Of a DNA stretch of 64,000 nucleotides, positions 15,196 to 33,006 are shown in pieces; positions within the stretch are counted from its first letter, which is position 1; every line of letters begins with the position of its first letter. Source of the DNA: Enterobacteria phage vB_EcoM_IME338; the sequence record MH051914; one strand, written 5' to 3'. The position numbers and the translations under genes are program-made. The notes below the pieces were generated by a model. That model was not told where the DNA came from. It did not search any database and saw only the letters and a program-made list of their open reading frames with translations.

Positions 15196-16299
15196 ATGTT
15201 GACTAATTCTGAAAAAAGCAGATTTTTCCTTGCTGACCTGACTGGTGAAGTCCAGTCTATCCCAAATACTTATGGGTATATTTCCAACTTAGGTCTGTTC
15301 CGTTCAGCACCAATCACCCAAACTACTTTCCTTATGGACTTGACTGATTGGGATGTTAGCTTGCTTGATGCAGTAGACCGTGATAGCCGTAAAGCAGAGA
15401 CTAGCGCACCTGAGCGTGTTCGTCAAATCAGCTTCCCAATGATGTACTTCAAAGAAGTTGAAAGCATCACTCCTGATGAAATTCAGGGTGTACGTCAGCC
15501 AGGCACTGCAAACGAGCTTACTACTGAAGCTGTAGTACGTGCTAAGAAGCTGATGAAGATTCGTACCAAGTTTGATATTACTCGTGAGTTCCTGTTTATG
15601 CAAGCTCTGAAGGGTAAAGTTGTTGATGCTCGTGGTACTCTGTACGCTGACCTGTACAAGCAGTTCGACGTTGAGAAGAAGACTGTTTACTTCGACCTTG
15701 ACAACCCTAATGCTGACATCGACGCTTCTATTGAAGAACTGCGTATGCACATGGAAGACGAAGCTAAGACTGGTACTGTAATCAACGGTGAAGAAATTCA
15801 CGTAGTTGTTGACCGTGTATTCTTCAGCAAACTGGTTAAGCATCCTAAGATTCGTGACGCTTATCTTGCACAGCAGACTCCGCTGGCTTGGCAACAGATT
15901 ACTGGTTCTCTGAGAACTGGTGGCACTGACGGCGTTCAGGCTCATATGAACACCTTCTACTACGGTGGTGTTAAGTTTGTCCAGTACAACGGTAAGTTCA
16001 AAGACAAGCGTGGTAAGGTTCACACTCTGGTGAGCATTGACAGCGTAGCAGACACTGTTGGTGTAGGTCATGCTTTCCCTAACGTATCTATGCTGGGTGA
16101 AGCAAACAACATCTTCGAAGTGGCTTATGGTCCATGTCCTAAGATGGGTTATGCAAATACACTTGGTCAGGAACTGTACGTATTCGAATATGAAAAAGAC
16201 CGTGACGAAGGTATTGACTTCGAAGCTCACTCTTACATGCTGCCATACTGTACTCGTCCTCAGTTGCTGGTAGATGTTCGCGCTGACGCTAAAAAATAA
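15196..16299 (+). CDS. major capsid protein (putative)
   Basis: 367 aa after protease/scaffold; strongly biased codon usage consistent with very high expression. Confidence 0.7.
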   Translation: MLTNSEKSRFFLADLTGEVQSIPNTYGYISNLGLFRSAPITQTTFLMDLTDWDVSLLDAVDRDSRKAETSAPERVRQISFPMMYFKEVESITPDEIQGVRQPGTANELTTEAVVRAKKLMKIRTKFDITREFLFMQALKGKVVDARGTLYADLYKQFDVEKKTVYFDLDNPNADIDASIEELRMHMEDEAKTGTVINGEEIHVVVDRVFFSKLVKHPKIRDAYLAQQTPLAWQQITGSLRTGGTDGVQAHMNTFYYGGVKFVQYNGKFKDKRGKVHTLVSIDSVADTVGVGHAFPNVSMLGEANNIFEVAYGPCPKMGYANTLGQELYVFEYEKDRDEGIDFEAHSYMLPYCTRPQLLVDVRADAKK

Positions 16300-16320
16300 T
16301 ATTCTTAAGGAGGGTTATGA

Positions 16321-16770
16321 ATGTGCTATACAGGCGACCCAGCCAATAACCCTCTTGATAGAGTAAGAATCCTCTGCACAGACACCAATAATGATGAAAT
16401 TCTTATTGAACAGTCTGTGCTAGAGTGGTTCTATCTAGAATCTGGAAAGGATGAAAAGAAAGCAGCCATCAAAGCTCTTAAATATTTACTCTTTCAAGTA
16501 GCCAAGATGGGAGATGAGAAGGTTGGTGGTGTTTATTTACGTAACTCTTCCAGATTCAAATCTCTGAAAGCTGTTTATGACGACCTTGTTAAAAGCTCTG
16601 TTTCAGGACTACCCTATGCAGGTGGTATTAATCAGTGTGATATTGACATGCGTCGTCATAATCCTTGCTCTGTCAAGAAATACACAGAATATGGTGATGC
16701 TGCCAGATACGAAGGCAGAGATTACTGCAACCGTGTTAATGGCGTATTTATTATCGAGCGAGATGAATAA
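16321..16770 (+). CDS. hypothetical head-tail joining module protein
   Basis: 149 aa ORF in structural operon. Confidence 0.45.
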   Translation: MCYTGDPANNPLDRVRILCTDTNNDEILIEQSVLEWFYLESGKDEKKAAIKALKYLLFQVAKMGDEKVGGVYLRNSSRFKSLKAVYDDLVKSSVSGLPYAGGINQCDIDMRRHNPCSVKKYTEYGDAARYEGRDYCNRVNGVFIIERDE

Positions 16771-17252
16771 TGGTTAAAAGGGTTATTCACCCCGCTAGAG
16801 CAAAATTAGTCGGGGCTATGAAGAACTTGCAAACGGCTAATGCTCAAGTTGGGTATTTTCAAGAACAAGGTCAACATAGCTCTGGTTTTTCTTATCCTGC
16901 TTTAATGTATTTACAAGAAGTTATTGGGGTTCCTTCAGCTTCTGGTAAAGTATATCGTAGGTTGTTTGAAATCACTATGATGCTAAACAAACAGACCTTG
17001 TTAGAGCAGACTAAGAAGAATCTATATAAGCAACTTAGAAGTCTCAACACGGACCCTTCAAATACCTTAGAAGCATTTGCAAAGAATGCTCAAAAGGCAA
17101 TTAAAAGAGGTTTTGGTAATTCTGCTATCCTCCCTCCTAACGCACCTTCCACAGTCAAGAAAAAAGGCTTTAATGCACCTCTTGTTGAGACAGGTGATTT
17201 AAGGGAGAACCTTGCTTATAAAATTTCTACTAAGAAGGGTATTAAAAAATGA
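16770..17252 (+). CDS. hypothetical head-tail joining module protein
   Basis: 160 aa ORF, overlapping start/stop with neighbours. Confidence 0.45.
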   Translation: MVKRVIHPARAKLVGAMKNLQTANAQVGYFQEQGQHSSGFSYPALMYLQEVIGVPSASGKVYRRLFEITMMLNKQTLLEQTKKNLYKQLRSLNTDPSNTLEAFAKNAQKAIKRGFGNSAILPPNAPSTVKKKGFNAPLVETGDLRENLAYKISTKKGIKK

Positions 17253-17650
17253 GACTCTTAAACAGACACAGCTTTGTAGTAAAGCGTAAAGTCTCTGAAG
17301 ATGGTTATTATAATGATGATGGTGATTGGGTAGCTTCACAAGATATTGTAGAGGTTAACTGTAAAGGTAATATCCAGCCATATATCAAAGGTTCTGTAAA
17401 GAATGGTACACAGATTGCTTTACCGGAAGGTATTAGGCTTACCGATACAAGAATCCTGTATACCACATATAAGCTTAGAACTTCAGATGATGTAGAGTGG
17501 AATGAGTCTGACATTGTTATGATTGATGGTCATGAGTATGAAGTATTTATGACTATGGATTGGTCACAGCAATTAGCCCATACGTCCCATTATGAATATA
17601 TCATTATTAGAAGGGATAAAATGAATGCAGTTAGAAACAGCAGAACTTGA
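17249..17650 (+). CDS. hypothetical head-tail joining module protein
   Basis: 133 aa ORF. Confidence 0.45.
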   Translation: MRLLNRHSFVVKRKVSEDGYYNDDGDWVASQDIVEVNCKGNIQPYIKGSVKNGTQIALPEGIRLTDTRILYTTYKLRTSDDVEWNESDIVMIDGHEYEVFMTMDWSQQLAHTSHYEYIIIRRDKMNAVRNSRT

Positions 17651-18224
17651 AAAAGGTCTAGTTAGAACCTTAGTGGATGTTATTGGTCACAGACTAGCTC
17701 GTGATAAAAATAATAGACCAAACGTAATTAGAGCTTACCCTTCTGATAACTCAAATGACAAAGGTTTAAAACCTGACCAGCCATTTATTACCGTATATTG
17801 TCAAGATGCTGCAACACCTTATGGTTGGGTTCTTGATAAGTTTGTTGAGGATGATGTAGTTTGCTACAGAATTGCTTTTCAGATTCCAGTATTAATTACG
17901 GTAAATGGTAAAGGTGCTCACAGTATTATGCTTGAGCTTAAACAAAGATTAGAGATGAGTTCAGTCAGAGATTTAATCCTTGAAGAAACAGGAGCTACAG
18001 TACTGGACACTGGAGCAATCCCGAATGACTATACTTATCTCAATACAGATTTCGAAAATTCTGCACCTCTTGTTGTAACTCTTGTAAAAAACTCAGTCCT
18101 GAAAGATGAACGTGGAAGTATTATTGAGCGTGTCATTGTTGATGGTGAGTTGGTTTATGAAGAAGGACAAGAGCCACCAGAATATACTATCCATCTAGAT
18201 GTAGACTCCAAAGGGGTAAAATAA
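17625..18224 (+). CDS. hypothetical tail completion-like protein
   Basis: 199 aa ORF preceding sheath-sized gene. Confidence 0.45.
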   Translation: MQLETAELEKGLVRTLVDVIGHRLARDKNNRPNVIRAYPSDNSNDKGLKPDQPFITVYCQDAATPYGWVLDKFVEDDVVCYRIAFQIPVLITVNGKGAHSIMLELKQRLEMSSVRDLILEETGATVLDTGAIPNDYTYLNTDFENSAPLVVTLVKNSVLKDERGSIIERVIVDGELVYEEGQEPPEYTIHLDVDSKGVK

Positions 18225-19577
18225 ATGTGGAATCCAATTGTTAATGTAGATATTACATTGAACACCGCAGGAACTACAAGAGAAGGTTTTGGCTTGCCAC
18301 TATTCTTAGCTTCAACAGATAACTTTGAAGAAAGAGTGCGTGGTTACACTTCCTTAACTGAAGTTGCTGAAGATTTCGATGAGAGGTCTGCTGCATATAA
18401 GGCTGCTAAACAACTTTGGAGTCAGACTCCTAAAGTAACTCAGCTTTATATTGGTAGACGTGCTATGCAGTACACTGTATCAATTCCTGATGCCGTTACC
18501 GAAAGTACAGACTACTCAATTACTGTTGCTGTTGGTGGTGGAATTTCTCAACCATACCAGTACACAGCACTGAAATCAGACACTGCTGAGAAAGTTTTGC
18601 AACAGTTTAAAACACAGATTGAAGCTGACCAAACAATCAAAGATAAGGTTTCTGTGAATGTGACTGGTAGCAATGGCTCTGCCACAATGATTATTACCAA
18701 AGCTGGTGATAATGACTTTGTGAAAGTAACAACCACAGCAAAGACTGTATATATTGCAAGTACAACTGCCGATACAGCATCAACTGCTCTGGCAGCTATT
18801 GAAGCCTATTCTACTGACTGGTATTTCATTGCAGCAGAAGATAGAACTCAACAGTTTGTCTTAGCAATGGCTTCTGAGATTCAAGCCCGTAAGAAGATTT
18901 TCTTTACAGCTAACTCTGGTGTAACAGCCCTACAAGGCACAGAATTAGCCAGTGCAAATGATGTTCCAGCACAGCTTGCTAAGGGTATGTATACTCGCAC
19001 AGTTTGCTTGTGGCATCACACAGCGGCAGAAGATTATCCAGAGATGGCATACATTGCTTATGGTGCTCCATATGATGCAGGTTCAATTGCTTGGGGTAAT
19101 GCTCAGCTAACTGGTGTAGCTGCTTCTCTACAGCCAGCTAATAAGAGACCTCTGACAAGTATTCAGAAGTCAGCTTTAGATGCACGTCACTGTAACTTTA
19201 TTGACCTTGATGGTGGTGTTCCAGTGGTTCGTAGGGGGATTACTTCTGGTGGGGAATGGATTGATATCGTCCGTGGTGTTGACTGGTTAGAATCAGACCT
19301 GAAAACTTCTCTGAGAGACTTGCTAATTAATCAGAAGGGTGGTAAGATTACTTATGATGATACTGGTATTACCCGTATTCGTCAAGTCATTGAAACCTCT
19401 CTGCAAAGAGCAGTCAACAGAAACTTCCTGTCATCTTACACAGTTAATGTTCCTAAAGCCTCTCAAGTTGCTTTGGCAGACAAGAAAGCGCGTATCCTGA
19501 AAGATGTTACCTTCGCAGGTATCTTAGCAGGGGCTATCTTGGATGTTGACTTGAAAGGTACAGTGGCTTACGAATAA
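18225..19577 (+). CDS. tail sheath protein (putative)
   Basis: 450 aa ORF followed by tube-sized gene, chaperone pair and tape measure (canonical myovirus order). Confidence 0.5.
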   Translation: MWNPIVNVDITLNTAGTTREGFGLPLFLASTDNFEERVRGYTSLTEVAEDFDERSAAYKAAKQLWSQTPKVTQLYIGRRAMQYTVSIPDAVTESTDYSITVAVGGGISQPYQYTALKSDTAEKVLQQFKTQIEADQTIKDKVSVNVTGSNGSATMIITKAGDNDFVKVTTTAKTVYIASTTADTASTALAAIEAYSTDWYFIAAEDRTQQFVLAMASEIQARKKIFFTANSGVTALQGTELASANDVPAQLAKGMYTRTVCLWHHTAAEDYPEMAYIAYGAPYDAGSIAWGNAQLTGVAASLQPANKRPLTSIQKSALDARHCNFIDLDGGVPVVRRGITSGGEWIDIVRGVDWLESDLKTSLRDLLINQKGGKITYDDTGITRIRQVIETSLQRAVNRNFLSSYTVNVPKASQVALADKKARILKDVTFAGILAGAILDVDLKGTVAYE

Positions 19578-19592
19578 TAGAGGTAAATTGGA

Positions 19593-20039
19593 ATGGCTAT
19601 GTATCAGCAATATTCCCCTAAAGACGTTGTATGTAGCTGGAATGGTATTGCCATTGAAGGCTTTGCCCCAGACTCATTCTTACGTCTACAGAGAACATCG
19701 CCACTTGTGACACCAGTTGTTGGTGCAGGTGGTCAAGTTGCTCTGACAAGAAATGCAGACAAGACAGGTACTATTGAGATTGAGCTAATGCAGACTTCTC
19801 TCTCTAACCAGATGCTTTCTGCAATTCAAGCTAAACAAGACAATATGGAACTTGAAGAAGATATCTCTTCTAACTTCGTAATCTACGACCCATCAGGCTC
19901 TGTTCTGGCAACTGGTATTAATGCTTGGTTGCAGGAATTACCACAGGTTGAACTTGGTCGTGACCAGAACTCTAAAACTTGGATTTTTGGTTGTGAGAAG
20001 TTAGACTACACTTCTACAATTCCAGCGTCAAGTGTTTAA
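19593..20039 (+). CDS. tail tube protein (putative)
   Basis: 148 aa ORF between sheath candidate and chaperone genes. Confidence 0.5.
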   Translation: MAMYQQYSPKDVVCSWNGIAIEGFAPDSFLRLQRTSPLVTPVVGAGGQVALTRNADKTGTIEIELMQTSLSNQMLSAIQAKQDNMELEEDISSNFVIYDPSGSVLATGINAWLQELPQVELGRDQNSKTWIFGCEKLDYTSTIPASSV

Positions 20040-20050
20040 TAAATCCTATA

Positions 20051-20086
20051 AGGGGGAGACTTTAAAAGGTCTTCCCCTTTTTTGTT
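20051..20086 (+). terminator. terminator-like hairpin with T-tract
   Basis: agggggagac...ggtcttcccc imperfect hairpin followed by TTTTTTGTTTC. Confidence 0.45.
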
Positions 20087-20112
20087 TCTTTTAAAAGTAT
20101 TAAGGAATCACA

Positions 20113-20511
20113 ATGAAAACAGAATCTAGAGTAATTAACGGTAAGAAAGTGAATATCATTCTGCTTGGGGCAAGAGATGGTATTAAGATGTCTATGAAGT
20201 TGGGTAAAATTGTTGTTCCAACTTTTGCACAGATGCTATCAAGTCTGACTGATAAAGATAAGAAAGAAGTTCCAATGGTTCCATTTAAAGAACTTGTTGA
20301 AGCTTGTTTTGACAGAATTGAAGAAATTAACCTTGAAGAAATGGCTACCCTGTTATTTCAAGGGGCAACTGTTGATGACTTCCCACTTAATATTGATACA
20401 TACTTCCAAGCAAACTATGGTGAGTTTATTGATTACTTAGCATTTGCGCTGGAGGCAAACTTCGGAAGTTTTTTCGAAGCAAGCATTTTCAAAAGCCTAA
20501 CTTCTCAGTAA
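20113..20511 (+). CDS. tail assembly chaperone (short form)
   Basis: 132 aa ORF immediately upstream of tape measure; slippery TTTTTTC near its 3' end. Confidence 0.6.
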   Translation: MKTESRVINGKKVNIILLGARDGIKMSMKLGKIVVPTFAQMLSSLTDKDKKEVPMVPFKELVEACFDRIEEINLEEMATLLFQGATVDDFPLNIDTYFQANYGEFIDYLAFALEANFGSFFEASIFKSLTSQ

Positions 20512-20752
20512 ACATGGGCAATACTCTACAGACACCACTGACTGATGCTGCTGTAGAGGCAACCTATGAAGAAGCAGACGAGATGAAATTTGTGCTTGCT
20601 ATTTATGGTATGGAAGGGTGTAAAGAAACACTTGACCAACTCTTTGCTATGACATTCTCTGATTTATTATCATTGAGACAATTTCTTGAGATTCAGAGGT
20701 CGTATAAAGAGGAAATTGCTTACAACGAACTTAGAAGAGCAGGAAAAATGTA

Positions 20753-20753
<1 letters not shown>
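20113..20753 (+). CDS. tail assembly chaperone, predicted -1 frameshift fusion product (slip at 20469-20475)
   Basis: Heptamer T TTT TTC at 20469-20475; -1 frame open from 20433 to stop at 20751-20753, ending at tape measure start. Confidence 0.45.
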
Positions 20754-28751
<7,998 letters not shown>

Positions 28752-28753
28752 TA

Positions 28754-29926
28754 ATGGCAGTAGGTGAAATTCAAATTAGTGCCTTGCCTCAAGCAGCCTT
28801 ACCAATTGACCTTAGTGATATCTTCCATCTTAAGCAGGGTATTGAGGATAAGAGGTGCACTCTTGAGCAATTACTTGCCCCACACGCAAGTCTAAAAAAT
28901 AACCCTCATGGTGTTACTAAAACACAAATTGGTTTAGATAATGTTATTAATGCTCTTCAGTTAGTCGCTGCAAATAACTTATCAGATATTGTTAATGTAG
29001 CTGAGGCAAGAGCAAATCTACAGATTATGTCTTCAGAAGAGGTTAATAACCTTGTCCAGCAACATATCAAGGACAAGAGTAACCCACACAATACAACTAA
29101 GGCACAGGTTGGTTTAAGTAACGTTCAGAACTGGACAACATCCAACCTTTATAATGAAGATGCAGATAAGTACGCTACAGCAAGAGCAGTAAATAACTTG
29201 TACAAGGCTGTTCAGGCTTCTTATCCAGTAGGTACTATCCATCTTTCTATGAACTCTGCAAACCCTTCTACATATTTAATTTGTGGAGGCACTTGGGAGT
29301 TAGTTTCAAAAGGTAGGGCATTGGTTGGTTATGCCTCTGATGCAAGACCAGCAGGTTCTGTATTTGGTGCTTCAACTGTCACTTTGTCAGTTAATAACAT
29401 GCCTCAACACTCACACTCTGTGTCTCTTAGTGGTGGTGGTCACACTCATAATGCAACTGTGTCAATTTCAGCTTTTGACTATGGGACTAAGACTACCAAC
29501 TCTTTTGACTATGGAACAAAAGATACCAATACAACTGGTAACCATACACACAACGTATCAGGTAACACAAGTACAGATGGCACTCACAACCATGATGTGT
29601 ACCCTAGAGAAAATGATGGTACTGGTAATGCTGTAGCTGACTCTGATGGTGGTGGTGCATGGAGAACATCAAGAACTTCTAGTGACGGTGCACACTCACA
29701 CAGTTTTAACGTCACATCTGGTGCATCAGGTGACCACAGCCACACGGTTGGTATTGGTGCTCACAGTCATACTGTTGGTATTGGCTCACATACACACAAT
29801 GGTACTGTGGCAGTTTCTTCTTCTGAGCATACGCATAGTGGGGACACTAATAGTATTGGTGGTGGACAAGCTTTCAACATTGAGCAGCCATCCTTCGTAC
29901 TGTATGTATGGCAGAGAACAGCTTAA
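28754..29926 (+). CDS. tail fibre protein with C-terminal His-x-His repeat region
   Basis: 390 aa; repeats HSHSVSLSGGGHTHNATVS, GNHTHNVSGNTSTDGTHNHD, GDHSHTVGIGAHSHTVGIGSHTHNG, SSEHTHSG. Confidence 0.7.
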   Translation: MAVGEIQISALPQAALPIDLSDIFHLKQGIEDKRCTLEQLLAPHASLKNNPHGVTKTQIGLDNVINALQLVAANNLSDIVNVAEARANLQIMSSEEVNNLVQQHIKDKSNPHNTTKAQVGLSNVQNWTTSNLYNEDADKYATARAVNNLYKAVQASYPVGTIHLSMNSANPSTYLICGGTWELVSKGRALVGYASDARPAGSVFGASTVTLSVNNMPQHSHSVSLSGGGHTHNATVSISAFDYGTKTTNSFDYGTKDTNTTGNHTHNVSGNTSTDGTHNHDVYPRENDGTGNAVADSDGGGAWRTSRTSSDGAHSHSFNVTSGASGDHSHTVGIGAHSHTVGIGSHTHNGTVAVSSSEHTHSGDTNSIGGGQAFNIEQPSFVLYVWQRTA

Positions 29927-29936
29927 TTTCTTTACA

Positions 29937-29956
29937 GGGGCTTTATAGCCCCTTTT
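29937..29956 (+). terminator. rho-independent terminator
   Basis: ggggc-tttata-gcccc hairpin followed by TTTT. Confidence 0.6.
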
Positions 29957-29972
29957 AAGAGGAAAATTTATA

Positions 29973-32324
29973 ATGGCAGATTACAAATTGAGTCAATTAA
30001 ACTCAATCGATACAATCCGTTCAGATGACCTTCTTCATGTCAGAGTTAAAAAGAGACCTGAAATGCTGGGTGATGAAGACCGTCGAATGACCTATCAAGA
30101 CTTCTTAGCATCTTTTAAACTAGAAAGATTTGTCCAGATTGCTGGTAGTACTATGACGGGTGACTTAGGTATTGTTAAGCTACTCTATGGTGGTAAGGCA
30201 GTATTTGACCCAACAGGCTCTTCTGAGATTACTATTGGGGATGTTTTAAAGACTTTTAAAATCAACGCAAACGACCTTAGACTAACTATTGCAGATGCTT
30301 CAAGGTCAGCAACTGTTTATCATACTCTGAATAAACCAAGTCCTAATGAACTTGGGATGAGAACTAATGAAGAGAATGATGCAAGATACTCAAGATTAGC
30401 TGCAAATAACATCTTTACATTCCAGCAGGTTATTCAAGCAAATGGTGAGGCTATTAGGTTAAAAAACTCTTCTGAGAACTCACCGTTGTATATCAGAGGT
30501 CAGGATAGCGCTGGGAATAATAGGTGGTATGTAGGTAATGATTCGGGGAATGATGATGTTCTTATCTACAACAACAAGACAGGCTCTCAAGTTATCATCA
30601 CTAATGATGTTGCTGTCAATAAAACACTGAGAATCACTGGTCAAGTTCAACCATCCGACTTCTCTAACTTAGATGCTAGATACTTTACTCAGACAGTTGC
30701 TAATCAGAGATTTGCACAGTTAGCTGAAAATAATACTTTCAGTGGTTTAAACAAATTTAATAACTATGTTAGTGTTAGCTCTAATGCTGCTGCTATCGTG
30801 CTAAAAAATAAAGCTGTCAATGAATCTTTGTTCATCCTAGCAAAAGATATTGAAGACAATAATCTGTGGTATATTGGTAAAGGTGATGCAAACGACAATA
30901 TCACATTTTACGATTACAAGGGTGGTACTTCTCTTGTCTTCAACTCGTCTGGTGCTGCATTTAACAAACCTGTAAAAATCACTGGTCAAGTTCAACCTTC
31001 CGATTGGACCAACATTGACTCTAGATACATTCCAGCAGGGACTTTGAGTAATCTTGCTAAGCTAAGTGATGTAAACACTTTTAGGATTGCACAGATTATT
31101 AATCAGAATGGCTCATTGTTACAGCTAAAGAATACTACACAAGACAAAGAGCTATACTTTGCTGGTCATAATGCTGATGGTGTTAGAAGGTGGTACATTG
31201 GGAATGGGGAAACATCCAACCCAAAAAGATTTATTATCCATAACGACAGAACTGCAACTACGATTTACATGGAAGATGATTTCTTGTTGAATAAAACAGT
31301 CAGAGTTAATGGTCAAGTTCAACCTTCTAATTGGTCTAACTTAGATAATAGATATTTTGTTAAGACTAAGCTATTAGACCAATCCTTAATGACTGTAACT
31401 GTAAATAACCTTGAAGACCATCCAGCATTTAATCTTGGATACTCAGGTTTTGTCAGAAATAACGGCGTTACTGATGGCTTGAGAGATTTGGCAATTCATG
31501 TTGCGCACTCTAGTAAGACTGCTGCATATGCAAGGGGTATCTCTTTTTCGTACGGCTCAATGGGTTTAGGAGTATTCACCTATGCCTATGATGACGAGGG
31601 TGAATACGCTGGAGAAGCACAGTTTTATACAACTGATTTTAAACCAACCCCTTCAGATATTGGTGCATACACTAAAGCTGAAACTGACCAGAAGATTGCA
31701 CAGGCAATTAGTGACTCTACAGACCTTAATAAAATCTATCCAGTAGGTATTGTAACGTGGTTTAACAGTAATGTTAACCCTAATACAGCACTTCCTGGGT
31801 TAACTTGGACGTACCTGAACAATGGTGTTGGTAGAACTATCAGAATCGCAGCAGCAAACGGTTCAGATGTTGCTACAACTGGTGGTTCAGACTCTGTAAC
31901 TTTAGATGTTGGTAACTTACCATCACACACTCACAGTTTCTCTGCTACCACTTCATCTTTTGACTATGGTACGAAGGGAACTAACACTACGGGTGGACAC
32001 ACTCACTCTGGTAGTGGTTCTACTAGCACAAATGGTGGGCACACCCACTACATTGAGGCGTGGAACGGTACTGGTGTAGGTGGTAATAGGACTTCATCAT
32101 ATGCTGTATCATACAGGAGTGGTGGTCATGAAACTTATGCATCAGGTGACCACAGCCATACTTTCTCTTTTGGTACTAGCGGTGCTGGTGACCATTCCCA
32201 CTCTGTAGCTATTGGTGCTCACACCCACACAGTTAGTGGTAACACTGGTAGTACAGGTTCTGGTTCGGCATTTAGTGTTACTAACCAGTTCTACAAGTTA
32301 ATGGCTTGGGTAAGAACTGCTTAA
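29973..32324 (+). CDS. long tail fibre protein with internal repeats and C-terminal His-x-His region
   Basis: 783 aa; repeated ITGQVQPS(D/N)(F/W)(S/T)N(L/I)D(A/S/N)RY modules; C-terminal [46 protein letters not shown]. Confidence 0.75.
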   Translation: MADYKLSQLNSIDTIRSDDLLHVRVKKRPEMLGDEDRRMTYQDFLASFKLERFVQIAGSTMTGDLGIVKLLYGGKAVFDPTGSSEITIGDVLKTFKINANDLRLTIADASRSATVYHTLNKPSPNELGMRTNEENDARYSRLAANNIFTFQQVIQANGEAIRLKNSSENSPLYIRGQDSAGNNRWYVGNDSGNDDVLIYNNKTGSQVIITNDVAVNKTLRITGQVQPSDFSNLDARYFTQTVANQRFAQLAENNTFSGLNKFNNYVSVSSNAAAIVLKNKAVNESLFILAKDIEDNNLWYIGKGDANDNITFYDYKGGTSLVFNSSGAAFNKPVKITGQVQPSDWTNIDSRYIPAGTLSNLAKLSDVNTFRIAQIINQNGSLLQLKNTTQDKELYFAGHNADGVRRWYIGNGETSNPKRFIIHNDRTATTIYMEDDFLLNKTVRVNGQVQPSNWSNLDNRYFVKTKLLDQSLMTVTVNNLEDHPAFNLGYSGFVRNNGVTDGLRDLAIHVAHSSKTAAYARGISFSYGSMGLGVFTYAYDDEGEYAGEAQFYTTDFKPTPSDIGAYTKAETDQKIAQAISDSTDLNKIYPVGIVTWFNSNVNPNTALPGLTWTYLNNGVGRTIRIAAANGSDVATTGGSDSVTLDVGNLPSHTHSFSATTSSFDYGTKGTNTTGGHTHSGSGSTSTNGGHTHYIEAWNGTGVGGNRTSSYAVSYRSGGHETYASGDHSHTFSFGTSGAGDHSHSVAIGAHTHTVSGNTGSTGSGSAFSVTNQFYKLMAWVRTA

Positions 32325-32403
32325 TCCCTTGTTGACTGATTGTTAAGATGGTGTTAATATTCTTTATGGGTATTCTCACCATCTTGGCTGATGAGGTGAT
32401 TAA

Positions 32404-32601
32404 ATGCCTACAATCCTAGCAATTCTTCTAAAAAATCTAGGTAGTTTCTTCTGGAAACTCATTTTATCCCTTCTAAGTGAATACATGATTGAGAAAGTGT
32501 TCTTTAGGCTTGCAAGATACCTTGCGAGTAAAACAGACACACCTATTGATGATGAGTTCGTAGATAACTTAGAAAAAGCTTTTAAGGGGGAGAATAAATG
32601 A
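32404..32601 (+). CDS. small membrane protein (holin-like candidate)
   Basis: 65 aa; hydrophobic N-terminal half ILAILLKNLGSFFWKLILSLL. Confidence 0.35.
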   Translation: MPTILAILLKNLGSFFWKLILSLLSEYMIEKVFFRLARYLASKTDTPIDDEFVDNLEKAFKGENK

Positions 32602-32969
32602 AGTGGCTGGAGGAAGCTTTTAAAAATAATATTGGTGCAATTGTAGTTGGTATTTTTAGTGTTATTGGGATGTATACCACCATGCAAGTTTCAAGTGGTA
32701 AACAAGAAGTGTCTGTCTCAACAAAGTTACAACAGCTAGATAATTATTCAAAAAGTAATTATTCAGCTATTCGTGATTTACAGTCTGATATGAGGCTGCT
32801 TCAGCTAGGGATGGAGAACCAGAAAGTCCAGTTAGAGAATGTTAAGGGTGAGAACGCAAAACTTACTAAGACTCTTGATAAATTCTCTGATAGTGTGAAC
32901 AATCTGGCTCAATCAGTATCAGCCCTCCAAGCTATTACTGAAAAGAACACAAAGAATACTGAAAAGTAA
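32598..32969 (+). CDS. membrane-anchored coiled-coil protein (i-spanin-like candidate)
   Basis: 123 aa; N-terminal TM segment NIGAIVVGIFSVIGMYTTM then coiled coil. Confidence 0.4.
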   Translation: MKWLEEAFKNNIGAIVVGIFSVIGMYTTMQVSSGKQEVSVSTKLQQLDNYSKSNYSAIRDLQSDMRLLQLGMENQKVQLENVKGENAKLTKTLDKFSDSVNNLAQSVSALQAITEKNTKNTEK

Positions 32970-32975
32970 AGTTTA

Positions 32976-33004
32976 AGGCTCCTTTTTTACGGGAGCCTTT
33001 TTTG
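32976..33004 (+). terminator. rho-independent terminator at end of late operon
   Basis: aggctcc...ggagcct hairpin followed by TTTTTTG; convergent with minus-strand thyA. Confidence 0.7.
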
Positions 33005-33006
33005 TT

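Noticed and set aside
15304-16230. 308-aa antisense ORF spanning the major capsid gene
   Set aside because: Fully contained antisense to a gene with strong sense-strand codon bias; long antisense frames are expected opposite such genes; no RBS.
29325-29948. Two plus-strand alternative-frame ORFs (103 and 100 aa) inside tail fibre gene 1
   Set aside because: Out-of-frame readings of the His-codon repeat region (CAC/CAT-rich) producing low-complexity peptides.
29400-32300. Possible CRISPR-like or other noncoding repeat array suggested by short periodic repeats
   Set aside because: Repeats are in-frame codon repeats (HxH and fibre modules) within long ORFs; no spacer-repeat architecture.
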